Of a DNA stretch of 64,000 nt, positions 1-9,484 are shown piece after piece. The DNA lies in assembly GCA_004293905.1 (NCBI GenBank), contig RDZE01000021.1, forward strand, positions 28,769 through 92,768. The letters run 5' to 3'. Source of the DNA: Cytophagales bacterium (GTDB taxonomy: Bacteria; Bacteroidota; Bacteroidia; Cytophagales; Microscillaceae). The translations under genes were made by a program, and so were the position numbers. Within the stretch, counting starts at the first letter, position 1. Each line of letters begins with the position of its first letter. The notes beneath the pieces were generated by a model. That model searched no databases, was not told where the DNA came from, and saw only the letters and a program-made list of their open reading frames with translations.

Positions 1-1013
1 TTACAAAATGTTACATCCTTGAGTTTACTTATTACTTCATTGAAATTAGAATGATCTTTTTCAAGAGGAATGTAGTGTATATCTGGTTTAACTAAACCCG
101 AGTAGTTACCTTTGTATAAAATCATAAGACATTTCAGAGCTGCCCCCTCGAAAATTCTAGGGGAGCTTACTCTGTATTGTATGTTATTGTCATATTTATA
201 AAGCACAGACTTGAAGACCTCTTCAAAAGAAGCATTTGGATTTTCTTTAAGGTATTGTTCGCATTTATTGACTGCTTCATCATGCAAATCAACAATACTA
301 CCTCCTGATTCTACTCCTAGTATGGCTTTACTATTGCCCAAGAAACGATACCAATCTTCGCCATAGATTCTATCATCAAAATTTACTTTAATGTCTAAAT
401 TTAGTTTGATATTGTTTTGGAAAACGTCATTTATAAACTTAAACCCTATCAAGTGTTTTTCTTGTCCTCCTGTTCCTAAATAGTAAGGTAATTCTCTTGC
501 TCTATAGCTAACATCGATTGTTCTCATATCGTAATCTTTGACATGGTTTTTAGTTTTATCAATAATGTCCTCGCTTACATAACCACAGAGGTAGTTGAAT
601 ATATAAGGTGCATTGGTATAAGTTCCATAGACTTTTGGTATATTTTCAGATTGTAGTGGGGTATATACTGTATGTATTTTGTATTGGTTGATGAATTGAA
701 ACCTTTTTTGGCAGTATCTGTAATCATCTTGAAAAAATGCAATTTTAAGAGCACTACTTCTTTGAATATATTCCAAAAACTCTTTTTGCAAAGCGTATTC
801 ATAACCTAATCCAAATAAAGAATAGTGTAATACGATTACATCAAACTCTAACTTTTCCAATCCTTTTGGGAATCCTAATTGCGTGTTATATTTCCAAACA
901 GGGAATTCAGAGTGTTTTTCAAATGCTTCAATATTCTCTAAAATAGTAGCTGCATTTGAAAATAGAATTTGATAGTCATATAATAGAAGAATCCCTTTAT
1001 TATATTTTTGCAT
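1..1013 (-). CDS. Glycosyltransferase-like protein (CgeB / Glyco_trans_1_2-like), C-terminus cut by window edge
   Basis: Absent from the ORF track because it has no in-window stop. Hand translation of the minus strand from ATG (1013..1011) gives MQKYNKGILLLYDYQILFSNAATILENIEAFEKHSEFP... The parts I translated by hand are open down to base 3 (...LGNSKAILGVESGGS...SSPRIFEGAALKCLMILYKGNYSGLVKPDIHYIPLEKDHSNFNEVISKLKDVTFC). These blocks parallel the 3307..4500 product (AIVGAESGS; SSRHFEPIGTKTCQILLEGHYNGILQAGQHYIAV). The start overlaps the stop of the upstream methyltransferase gene by 14 nt. Family name is from memory, not searched. Confidence 0.6.
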   Translation of the reverse strand, partial: MQKYNKGILLLYDYQILFSNAATILENIEAFEKHSEFPVWKYNTQLGFPKGLEKLEFDVIVLHYSLFGLGYEYALQKEFLEYIQRSSALKIAFFQDDYRYCQKRFQFINQYKIHTVYTPLQSENIPKVYGTYTNAPYIFNYLCGYVSEDIIDKTKNHVKDYDMRTIDVSYRARELPYYLGTGGQEKHLIGFKFINDVFQNNIKLNLDIKVNFDDRIYGEDWYRFLGNSKAILGVESGGSIVDLHDEAVNKCEQYLKENPNASFEEVFKSVLYKYDNNIQYRVSSPRIFEGAALKCLMILYKGNYSGLVKPDIHYIPLEKDHSNFNEVISKLKDVTFC

Positions 1014-1839
1014 TATTTTCTTCTCCTCCCCCAACTTTCTGAAAAACATAATTAATTTCAATAGGTTCATAACATAATTTTACTAGTCGTTTATGAAGCA
1101 GCCTACTGATTTTTTTTGAAAAATTAATCGTCCGAATTGCTATTTTTTGAAATAATTTGAAATACTTGAAGTATTTAAACTTATAATAAATGGGATGATA
1201 ACCTACTGTATTAAATTCAATTGGTTTGCAATCAAATACTCTATTTAACAACAATTCTAATGAAAACTCATCAAAATTCCTTAAATGTGCAAACCTATAG
1301 GGATAGTTTTTATCTAAATAGGGGGAAAGATTCTCTGCATGGGGCACTCTGATTATTAAATAGCCTTCAGGTTTAAGAACCCTTAGTATGTTTTTTATTG
1401 CTAGATTCAAATCTAATACATGTTCCAATACATCTGTACATACAATAATATCAAAATAACTATCATTGTAAGGCATTTCTTCCACCATTGCAAGACAAGT
1501 ATTTATTCCCTTCTTACTAGAAACCTTAAGTTGTTCCAAACTAATATCCATACCATATTTTTCTAATTTGGTGAGTCCAGAAATCAATCTTCCCATACCA
1601 ACCCCTACATCTAATATTTTATCTTTTTCTTTTGAATATTTGTTGATCAGTGAAATGGTTGAGGATTCCAGTTCTGTCCAATAAGCATCTTCCATAAAAG
1701 GGTTTTGCCCCGTTTTACTAATTGCTTCTAATACATCTTTGCCTATAATATCGTAATTCTCAATATAGGTATTGGATTCTGAAAATAATGGTATATTTTC
1801 TTCTATCCTTATAGCTTGTCTTATATATATATCTTGCAT
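1000..1839 (-). CDS. Class I SAM-dependent methyltransferase
   Basis: 279-aa ORF. SAM-binding motif I ILDVGVGMGRL, and the post-motif block IIVCTDVLEHV...LKPEGYLIIRVP typical of Methyltransf_11/23. ATG at 1839 overlaps the TAA of the upstream flippase gene by 1 nt. Confidence 0.8.
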   Translation of the reverse strand: MQDIYIRQAIRIEENIPLFSESNTYIENYDIIGKDVLEAISKTGQNPFMEDAYWTELESSTISLINKYSKEKDKILDVGVGMGRLISGLTKLEKYGMDISLEQLKVSSKKGINTCLAMVEEMPYNDSYFDIIVCTDVLEHVLDLNLAIKNILRVLKPEGYLIIRVPHAENLSPYLDKNYPYRFAHLRNFDEFSLELLLNRVFDCKPIEFNTVGYHPIYYKFKYFKYFKLFQKIAIRTINFSKKISRLLHKRLVKLCYEPIEINYVFQKVGGGEENNAKI

Positions 1840-3287
1840 TAGAATTTATTTTTAAAACCAACAAAATAAAGTTTAATATAATTTTTCTCGTCTTTATTAA
1901 TAAGTTGAAATATACCTATTGAAAATAAAAGAAATGAGAAACAAGAAACTGCAAAGTTATTGAATATATAATGAATTATCACAAATATTAGGTATAAAAT
2001 AGTGAAAATAAATAATCTTTTTCCTTCGTACTTTATCTGCAAGTATTGCGTTTTTTTCATTAGATTCCATAAGTGTAATATAAATATCATTGCCAAATAC
2101 CCAAATACTAGGCTTATCATAGTCCCAATAGAACCTATCGATGGGATTAATAATATGGCTAACAAGAAATATATAATAGTAGCAATAAGTTGAATCAAAG
2201 ATACATACCGGGTTTCTTTTTCAAAATACATTGGAGCCAATAAGAAATTAAAATAAAGGCTGATGAATGAAACGGTGGCTGTTCCTCCTATAAAATATCT
2301 TGCGTCCCAAAACTTTTCATTGGTAAGCAAATACACCAATGGAAAATCAAAAACATAAAAAAGGAGGCTAAGTGTTCCGACACTGATAGTATAATAAGAA
2401 ATAATTCTGCCAAAAGTAATTCTGGCTTCCTCTTTATTCTGGGTAAAAGACATTGCATAGGGAAACCATGCTGTAGCAATTGCGTTGGTAACTAATGTAA
2501 TAAAACTCCCAAAGGCAAAACCTACTGAGTAAAGCCCAAGTGCTCTATTATTAGTAAAATGCTCTAATAGGTAAATGTTTCCTTGTTGTAAGATTAGTAG
2601 AATAAAAAAAGAAGGTATGAGAGGAAGTCCATAAGCAAATAATTTTTTGGAAATGCTTTTACTGAATACAAACTTCACATCTTTAACAATCCACATGAAA
2701 GTGATTAAAAATTGAACAACACAAGCAAATAAATTTCCGATTATCAGACCACTTATTCCATAATCCAAATACACTATTAGTATCAATCTTAATAATATAG
2801 ATGAAATCGTAGTTACTAGGGTAATCATCACATATTGGTATTGCTTTTGTTCAAATTGAAGATATAAAGTCAGTGGTGTTGTAATATTAATAAATACAGT
2901 GGAAACAATAGTTATAAAAATAAAATCATATTGTGATGAATTTTTAAAAAGTAGGTCATTATAGAGAGGAATTGTCAAATAAAAAACACAAAACATTAAG
3001 ATCGATGTTATGAATAAGATTGTAAAAGATGTCCATATCACTCTTTTTTTTGATTCAATGAGTTCATTTTCATAATAACATAATCCAATAGATGACCCAA
3101 ATCCAAATAAGAAAATTGTTGAAAGGATGACTGAAAAAAAATTCAATACGGCAAATATCGCATAGTCTTCTGGGTTGAGATAAGCTGTGAAAAGTGGTGT
3201 AAGAAGTACAGATAAGCCTTTGTTTAGTGCTGCGCCTAACCCATATATGATAGTTCCTTTAAATAATTTGTTGATATTTTCAGACAT
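1839..3287 (-). CDS. wzx: Polysaccharide flippase, Wzx / MOP-superfamily
   Basis: 482-aa, very hydrophobic ORF with 12 or more predicted helices. The N-terminal block GLGAALNKGLSVLLTPLFTAYLNPEDYAIFAVL is typical of O-antigen/capsule flippases. It sits inside a sugar-modification cluster. Confidence 0.7.
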   Translation of the reverse strand: MSENINKLFKGTIIYGLGAALNKGLSVLLTPLFTAYLNPEDYAIFAVLNFFSVILSTIFLFGFGSSIGLCYYENELIESKKRVIWTSFTILFITSILMFCVFYLTIPLYNDLLFKNSSQYDFIFITIVSTVFINITTPLTLYLQFEQKQYQYVMITLVTTISSILLRLILIVYLDYGISGLIIGNLFACVVQFLITFMWIVKDVKFVFSKSISKKLFAYGLPLIPSFFILLILQQGNIYLLEHFTNNRALGLYSVGFAFGSFITLVTNAIATAWFPYAMSFTQNKEEARITFGRIISYYTISVGTLSLLFYVFDFPLVYLLTNEKFWDARYFIGGTATVSFISLYFNFLLAPMYFEKETRYVSLIQLIATIIYFLLAILLIPSIGSIGTMISLVFGYLAMIFILHLWNLMKKTQYLQIKYEGKRLFIFTILYLIFVIIHYIFNNFAVSCFSFLLFSIGIFQLINKDEKNYIKLYFVGFKNKF

Positions 3288-3306
3288 CTGCTAAAATTAA
3301 GGTTGT

Positions 3307-4500
3307 TTATTTATCCCTTTCCACTATTTCTTTTAAATATTCAATTCTTTTATGGTATGTATGGCTCTCTAAAACATACTCGTATGCTTGCTCTACAATC
3401 TGATCACGATAAGTTACATCTTTATAAAGTGCTATTGCTTCTTTAAGATTTGATAAATCAGGATGTACAGCAATATAGTGCTGCCCTGCTTGAAGGATAC
3501 CATTATAATGACCTTCTAATAGAATTTGACAAGTTTTAGTTCCAATTGGTTCGAAGTGTCTAGAGGAGATAGCTCTTCCTGATTTGAATTCAACGTTTAA
3601 TTGGTCAAAGATTGTTGCTTTTAAATCTTTAATTGAAGTCATAGGATTTTCAGCCAAAAACTTTTTTGCCTCTTTGAGCATAATTCCTTTTTTGTCTAAG
3701 TATAGGCTACCTGACTCCGCACCTACAATTGCATTAGTCTTATTCAGAAATTCAGCCCATTTTACTCTTCCTACTCTTTGATTGAGTGTGATATCGATGT
3801 TGAGATTGAACTCGTTTTCTGAAATTTTCAATAAAAAATCATTTCTGACTGTATCACCAACCCAAAGGGGGTACAAATCACCTTTGAATCCAATGTCAAT
3901 TTCTCTGTGTGTTGTTTCTTTTGATGGGAAATAAATGTTTGGATTTAAGGCGTGAGGCATCATTACTAACTTTACTTTTTGGTGTATGTCTTCATAAAGC
4001 CACTTGGCTGTTTCTTCTGTAAGTTGAGAACATATATATTTTACCCCTGCTTGGGAGATAAAATCAATTTTTTCTTCCATCAGGTCATACTCATTGCCAA
4101 TAAACATTGTCAGCTTTTTAGCTGAATGGTAATAATGTGCTGTTTGGTTCAATAAATGTATATTATCTCCTGTGGCAGAGTGCAGTATCACCACCCAATC
4201 GTACTCAGCCATTTTTTTAGCAAAGTATTTATATTCAATAAGATTATTGATGTTGCATAGATTGATTTTTTTTACACCTTTTAGTGATTGAAAAGCCTCA
4301 AGCCAATCAATTACATAAGAAAGAGCTTCATAACTGTTTCCTAATAATAATTTGATGAGTTTGTACTCTCGTATTTTTTCTGGAAATAGTTTTGATAATG
4401 TATTGGTTTTAAATGCGATACGTAAAGTATCTAACCAACTATATTTATGCGCTACACCAGAAGAGTAAATTAGTAACAACCTAATTCCACCATCTGTCAT
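3307..4500 (-). CDS. Glycosyltransferase-like protein (CgeB / Glyco_trans_1_2-like)
   Basis: 397-aa ORF. C-terminal blocks AIVGAESGSLYL and SSRHFEPIGTKTCQILLEGHYNGILQAGQHYIAV resemble the CgeB/DUF3880-type GT family. It is a paralogue of the edge gene 1..1013. 4-nt ATGA-type overlap with the upstream epimerase gene. Confidence 0.5.
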   Translation of the reverse strand: MTDGGIRLLLIYSSGVAHKYSWLDTLRIAFKTNTLSKLFPEKIREYKLIKLLLGNSYEALSYVIDWLEAFQSLKGVKKINLCNINNLIEYKYFAKKMAEYDWVVILHSATGDNIHLLNQTAHYYHSAKKLTMFIGNEYDLMEEKIDFISQAGVKYICSQLTEETAKWLYEDIHQKVKLVMMPHALNPNIYFPSKETTHREIDIGFKGDLYPLWVGDTVRNDFLLKISENEFNLNIDITLNQRVGRVKWAEFLNKTNAIVGAESGSLYLDKKGIMLKEAKKFLAENPMTSIKDLKATIFDQLNVEFKSGRAISSRHFEPIGTKTCQILLEGHYNGILQAGQHYIAVHPDLSNLKEAIALYKDVTYRDQIVEQAYEYVLESHTYHKRIEYLKEIVERDK

Positions 4501-5543
4501 ACTAATCTATCTTTGTGTTTATCGATATTCTTTTGTATCCAAGAAGCATTTTCTTTAGTCCACTGAATTGTTGTTTGCAATCCCTCTTTAAGCGTTGTAA
4601 TTGCTTCAAAACCCAATTCTTTCTTTGCTTTTTCTGTACTTCCAAAACGTTTACCAGAATTATCCCAAGGTCGTTTGGGTAAATGTTCGAATCCGCTTTT
4701 GTTCTGTGTTATTTCATTGATATGTGTTGCCAATTCTTTGATTGTAGTTTCTACCCCACTTGCAATATTATAAACATCTCCCACTGTACCTTTCAATGCA
4801 CAAGCAATCAGACCTCTACAAATATCTTCCACATAAATAAAATCTCTTGTTGCAATGCCATCATTTTCTAAAGGCAATGCAATACCATTGATTGCTTTAT
4901 AAATGAATGTTGGCGTTACATTTCTCCAAACAGTAGCGGGTGTTCCTCTCCATTGTCCTGCGCCAAGCACTTCACCAGGTCCATATACATTTTGGAATCT
5001 CGCTCTAACGGTAGGTAATCCATGTTGTTTGAAAAAGTAAACTGCATAAAACTCCCCAATTACTTTGGAGATAGAATAGGGACTATCTTGTGTAAGTGTA
5101 ATAGGTGCATTTTCGTCAGTAGCATGTGCTTCGTCAAATGTTTTTGCGGCTACTGAGCAACCTGCTGAAGAGTACACTAATTTTTTCAACCGTTTAAAGT
5201 TTTTAGTGTGGTTCATCAATTTCAGTGTTGTAAGTGTATTATTTTCGTGGTCGGCTAAAGGGTCATGGATAGAGCTCTGATTTCCATGGTAAGTAGCAAG
5301 GTGGAAAATATAGTCGAATTTATCCTCAATTTTATTTAATACTTCATCATTTGTAATAGAATAATGCCAGAAGGTAAGTCTGGCATCATTCAAGGGTATG
5401 TTTTCTTTTTCTGAGGATATGAGATTGTCTACTACACTGACCTGAACATTTTTGGTTTCGTTTAGTATCAGTTTGCAGAGGTTACTACCTACAAAACCTG
5501 CTCCGCCTATTATGAGTATATTTTGATTTTCAAAAGACATCAT
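4497..5543 (-). CDS. NAD-dependent sugar-nucleotide epimerase/dehydratase (extended SDR)
   Basis: 348 aa. N-terminal Rossmann motif IIGGAGFVGSNL and catalytic YxxxK (SPYSISKVIGE). Confidence 0.85.
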   Translation of the reverse strand: MMSFENQNILIIGGAGFVGSNLCKLILNETKNVQVSVVDNLISSEKENIPLNDARLTFWHYSITNDEVLNKIEDKFDYIFHLATYHGNQSSIHDPLADHENNTLTTLKLMNHTKNFKRLKKLVYSSAGCSVAAKTFDEAHATDENAPITLTQDSPYSISKVIGEFYAVYFFKQHGLPTVRARFQNVYGPGEVLGAGQWRGTPATVWRNVTPTFIYKAINGIALPLENDGIATRDFIYVEDICRGLIACALKGTVGDVYNIASGVETTIKELATHINEITQNKSGFEHLPKRPWDNSGKRFGSTEKAKKELGFEAITTLKEGLQTTIQWTKENASWIQKNIDKHKDRLV

Positions 5544-5586
5544 TGATTGTGATTTTTCTTTAAGTTATTTATATTTTTTCAAAAAA

Positions 5587-6543
5587 TTAATGTTTTTCGT
5601 CTATATGCTTTAGATGGGTAAAGGTCTGTTCGATTCCAAATTCTTTATAGTAATCAATAGCATTCTTAACGCCTACATTAAGGGGGGTACTCGCTTTCCA
5701 GTCAAAGTCTTTATTTGTTTTAGAAGGATCAATCAGAATAGTAAAAACATCATCTTCTCCTCTTGGTCTTACCTCTACTTCTTTTTCTAATTTAATATTT
5801 AGTGCTGAGATAGTTGCGTCAAATAATTCTTTAATAGAATAATCGCTACCTGTTGAAATATGATAATAGCCTCTTGTGCCTACTCCTTTTAATGCTTTCA
5901 TCACAACATCTACTAGATCGTGCACATAGATAAAATCTCTCCTTGTATCCATTACAAAACAAGCTTTGTTGGTAGTTAATCGTTGATAGAATGTAGGTAA
6001 AGGACCGCTGATATTTCTTGGACCGTAGGCATTGGCTAATCGGAAAGAAATAAAATCTAGACCACTTAGTTCTATATATTGCTCTCCTGAGGTCTTACTG
6101 ATGGCATAACTGCTACCACCAGGATAACCGCCTGAGAATAGAGGGTGATTAAAAGTAATAGGTTGTTCAACAGGTTTTAATCCATAACATAATGCTGTTT
6201 GGAAATAGATAAATCTTTTTACATTTACTTTTTTAGCTGCTTCTACTAAATATACAGTTCCTAATACATTTGTAAGAACATCTTCCTCGAAAGCATTCGG
6301 ATCTTTATAGGATGCGGCAGCATGTACAACTTGTTCTGGTAAAAAATCATTGAAAAGTTGATTTACAAGTTCTTTATCAGCAATAGTTCCTTCTACAATT
6401 TGAAGGTTTTGATGCGGTTTTAGGTTATCTCTTCGCCCTGTTTGGTAATTGTCAATTACCAATATTTGATGTCCTTCTGCCAATAGTCTATCTGTTAGGT
6501 GAGAACCTACAAAGCCTGCACCACCTGTGATTAAAATTTTCAT
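5587..6543 (-). CDS. NAD-dependent sugar-nucleotide epimerase/dehydratase (extended SDR)
   Basis: 318 aa. ITGGAGFVGSHL Rossmann motif and catalytic SSYAISKTSGE (YxxxK). Confidence 0.85.
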   Translation of the reverse strand: MKILITGGAGFVGSHLTDRLLAEGHQILVIDNYQTGRRDNLKPHQNLQIVEGTIADKELVNQLFNDFLPEQVVHAAASYKDPNAFEEDVLTNVLGTVYLVEAAKKVNVKRFIYFQTALCYGLKPVEQPITFNHPLFSGGYPGGSSYAISKTSGEQYIELSGLDFISFRLANAYGPRNISGPLPTFYQRLTTNKACFVMDTRRDFIYVHDLVDVVMKALKGVGTRGYYHISTGSDYSIKELFDATISALNIKLEKEVEVRPRGEDDVFTILIDPSKTNKDFDWKASTPLNVGVKNAIDYYKEFGIEQTFTHLKHIDEKH

Positions 6544-6550
6544 GATATAA

Positions 6551-8497
6551 TTATTTATTTAAGGGTTCTATATTAGTTTTACTTTTTTGATTTAATAAAG
6601 ATTTAAAATATGTTGCTTTGTCATAATATTGTTGATACCAAATTTCTAATGACAATAAACCCCATATTTTTCTTCCAAATTGAGACTCACCATCTAATCC
6701 GTTCAGAATGGCTTCATGATTAAAATAGTGTCTATTTTTGTTTTTTGCAGTATTGAATACATCATAAACAAAATCTTTAATTTCTTTTTTTAACCACTCA
6801 TTTAGTGGCACAGGAAAGCCCATTTTACTTTTTCTGTCTACGATATCCTTTGGGAGTTCATGCTTCATAGTGTTTAAAAGAATCATTTTTAAAGTGCCAT
6901 CTTTAAATTTGACATTTGAGGGCATTTTAGCTGCAAATTCTACAATTTTATGGTCTAAAAAAGGAACTCTTGATTCAAGACTATGTGCCATACTCATTCT
7001 ATCTTCTACTTGTAAAAGTCCAGGCAATAAGGTTTTGAAATCGAAATGAGTCATTTTATCAAAATAAGATTCTTTACCAACATTATCACCATTAAAAATT
7101 TTACTGAATTTCTCAAAAGGTTGATAATTTCCTAATGCTTCCCATTTAATTTCATTCTTTAAAGAAGGGGCACGATTGATTAGTTGATAATATCTCTTGT
7201 CTATACTCTCAAACAAACCTTCTCTCCAAAAATCTTTTAATAATGGTTTGTAATTTTGCAAAGAAATTAGGTTTGGGATAATGGATTCATAAGTAACCAC
7301 AAAGTTACCATTATTTAAAGTTCCATCAATTGCTCCTTTGATACATTGCTCAAAATAAGCAACCAAATAGCGAGTATAACCTCCAAATATTTCATCACCA
7401 CCTTGCCCTCCCAATACCACTTTACAATGGTTAGCAGCAAGTTTCGAAACATGGTATTGAGGAAAAGAGCCTGGTCCTGCAACAGGATAATCTAAGTGAT
7501 AAATTACTTTTTCAATACTATCAATAAAATCTGTATGAGTAATGCTCACCTCATGTAAGTCCATTTGTCGCATATTTGCCAATGAGCGAGCATAATGGCT
7601 TTCATCGTAAAGTTCTCCTAGTTCAAATTTTCCAGTAAATGCTTTAAAGATTGTTCCTTGTTGCATTCTTGCGGCAACGGAAGCGATAATGCCAGAGTCT
7701 ATTCCTCCACTCACATAAGCACCTACTGGAACATCACTTCGTAAATGGTATTTAATCGATTCCTCTATTAATTCCTGAAGTTGATCACTAAAATATTTAG
7801 GTGTGTGTTCCCAATCCAAGTCATAATATACTTCCCAGTAACATTCTTTAGTTATATTTCCATTTTCTATTACGATACGGTGGCTTCTCAATAGTTCATT
7901 GATACCTTTGAATAAGGTTTTACCATATAGGTAAAGTTGAAAAACAAGATAATCTTTTAAAGCATCAGTGTCTACTTCAATTTCAGGTAGAAAAGGTACT
8001 AAAGATTTCGCCTCAGAAGCAAAATAGAAAGTATCATTGACTATGGCATAATAAAAAGGTTTTATTCCAAAACGATCTCTTGCACAAAACAGGCGTTGTT
8101 GTCTTTCATCCCATATTACAAAAGCAAACATCCCTCTCAAATGCAATACACAATCAGCACCCCATTTAAGATATGCAGCAAGAATAACTTCAGTATCAGA
8201 AGTTGTTTTGAAATTATAACTAGACTTTAACTCTTCGCGTAATTCTATATAGTTATATATCTCACCATTATAACAGATGGTATTTTTTGCATCATCTGTG
8301 ATAGGTTGTTTTCCTGTTTCTAAATCAATAATACTTAGACGGCGGTGAGCAAAACCTACGAATTGGTTGGAATGTTGCCAGAAACCTTCTCCATCAGGAC
8401 CTCTATGTGCTTGTAATTGGTTCATCACCTCCAGATGATGTCCTAAATTTGAGTATTCATTATGATTTATTTGAAATATACCTGCAATGCCACACAT
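6551..8497 (-). CDS. asnB: Asparagine synthase (glutamine-hydrolysing) family amidotransferase, glycan-locus paralogue
   Basis: 648 aa. N-terminal nucleophile MCGIAGIF (class II GATase) and PP-loop VSGGIDSG. Its position inside a polysaccharide cluster suggests a sugar-acid amidotransferase role (WbpS-like) rather than housekeeping Asn synthesis. Confidence 0.85.
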   Translation of the reverse strand: MCGIAGIFQINHNEYSNLGHHLEVMNQLQAHRGPDGEGFWQHSNQFVGFAHRRLSIIDLETGKQPITDDAKNTICYNGEIYNYIELREELKSSYNFKTTSDTEVILAAYLKWGADCVLHLRGMFAFVIWDERQQRLFCARDRFGIKPFYYAIVNDTFYFASEAKSLVPFLPEIEVDTDALKDYLVFQLYLYGKTLFKGINELLRSHRIVIENGNITKECYWEVYYDLDWEHTPKYFSDQLQELIEESIKYHLRSDVPVGAYVSGGIDSGIIASVAARMQQGTIFKAFTGKFELGELYDESHYARSLANMRQMDLHEVSITHTDFIDSIEKVIYHLDYPVAGPGSFPQYHVSKLAANHCKVVLGGQGGDEIFGGYTRYLVAYFEQCIKGAIDGTLNNGNFVVTYESIIPNLISLQNYKPLLKDFWREGLFESIDKRYYQLINRAPSLKNEIKWEALGNYQPFEKFSKIFNGDNVGKESYFDKMTHFDFKTLLPGLLQVEDRMSMAHSLESRVPFLDHKIVEFAAKMPSNVKFKDGTLKMILLNTMKHELPKDIVDRKSKMGFPVPLNEWLKKEIKDFVYDVFNTAKNKNRHYFNHEAILNGLDGESQFGRKIWGLLSLEIWYQQYYDKATYFKSLLNQKSKTNIEPLNK

Positions 8498-8597
8498 AAT
8501 TAACTTAATAATGCCCTACTATATTTATTTTATTTTAAAAAATTATATTGAAAATTACCATAATGTTTATGGATATTATACCATTCTTTATCAGTCT

Positions 8598-9392
8598 TTA
8601 TTTTTTGTAGGCTTTTGCATAAAGAAACCAACCTAAGCTTCTCTCAAATGGTTTTAATAGTGCACGTGGAAAAATTTTAGTAAGTTTACCAGGAAGAAAA
8701 TGATATGGTTCTACAAGTCCCGCAAACATTTCAATATTCTTAAAATCTTTCAACAGTAATTTTAGTTCTTTTTTAGTATATACGTCTCCTTTAGGATTGC
8801 CTACCCCATCTACTTCATTGACTGATGTTTGAATGTTTTTCTTACCTAACAATTTAAGGAGTTGGAATCTGAATAAATATTTTATAGAATTTTTATGGTA
8901 AAACATAACAATCAGTCTGCCATCTTTTTTCAAAACCCTATGTACTTCTGACACTGCTTTAATGGTATCTGGTACGTGGTGCAATACACCCATTGAGGTA
9001 ACACAATCAAAAGTTTCATCTTCAAAAGGTAATTGTTCTGCATTAGCAACTTGAAAATTACCTTTTAAATCAAGTAAATCAAATCTTTTTGTTGTAAGCT
9101 CTATGGCTTTGTCAGTAATATCTACACCATATACCTCAGCTCCTTCTTTTGCAAATTTACTTAAAACATAGCCATTACCACAACCTACATCTAATACTTT
9201 TTTACCTTTGAAATTTTTAAACTCATGCAAATTGTAAGAAAAGTTGAGCGATTCATTCGCCTCTCTTAATTTATCATAATAATCAAAAAACTCCTTAGTT
9301 CCCGGCTCGTAGGGAACAGCTGCAGCAGCAACTGGGTTTTCATTCCAATATTTTTTTACATCTGTAATATTTACTTTAATATTTGTACTCAT
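8598..9392 (-). CDS. Class I SAM-dependent methyltransferase
   Basis: 264 aa. Motif I VLDVGCGNGYV, then DCVTSMGVLHHV and LKKDGRLIVMFYH. Confidence 0.85.
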   Translation of the reverse strand: MSTNIKVNITDVKKYWNENPVAAAAVPYEPGTKEFFDYYDKLREANESLNFSYNLHEFKNFKGKKVLDVGCGNGYVLSKFAKEGAEVYGVDITDKAIELTTKRFDLLDLKGNFQVANAEQLPFEDETFDCVTSMGVLHHVPDTIKAVSEVHRVLKKDGRLIVMFYHKNSIKYLFRFQLLKLLGKKNIQTSVNEVDGVGNPKGDVYTKKELKLLLKDFKNIEMFAGLVEPYHFLPGKLTKIFPRALLKPFERSLGWFLYAKAYKK

Positions 9393-9419
9393 ATAATGAA
9401 GTATTCTTTAAATTTTGTG

Positions 9420-9427
9420 CAAATCTA
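9420..9427 (-). promoter_or_regulatory. Candidate Bacteroidetes-type -7 promoter box (TAGATTTG on minus strand)
   Basis: Plus-strand caaatcta is TAGATTTG on the minus strand, matching the TAnnTTTG consensus. It lies about 28 nt upstream of the ATG at 9392. Confidence 0.35.
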
Positions 9428-9484
9428 ATGTTTTTTTTTGAACCTTTGTATTTTTGCAAGAAAAATTGTATCATCATTTAAAAC

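Noticed and set aside
575-802. 75-aa minus-strand ORF in the track
   Set aside because: It lies in a different frame, entirely inside the open 1..1013 glycosyltransferase-like reading frame. Its sequence is low-complexity and has no motif. I treat it as a shadow ORF.
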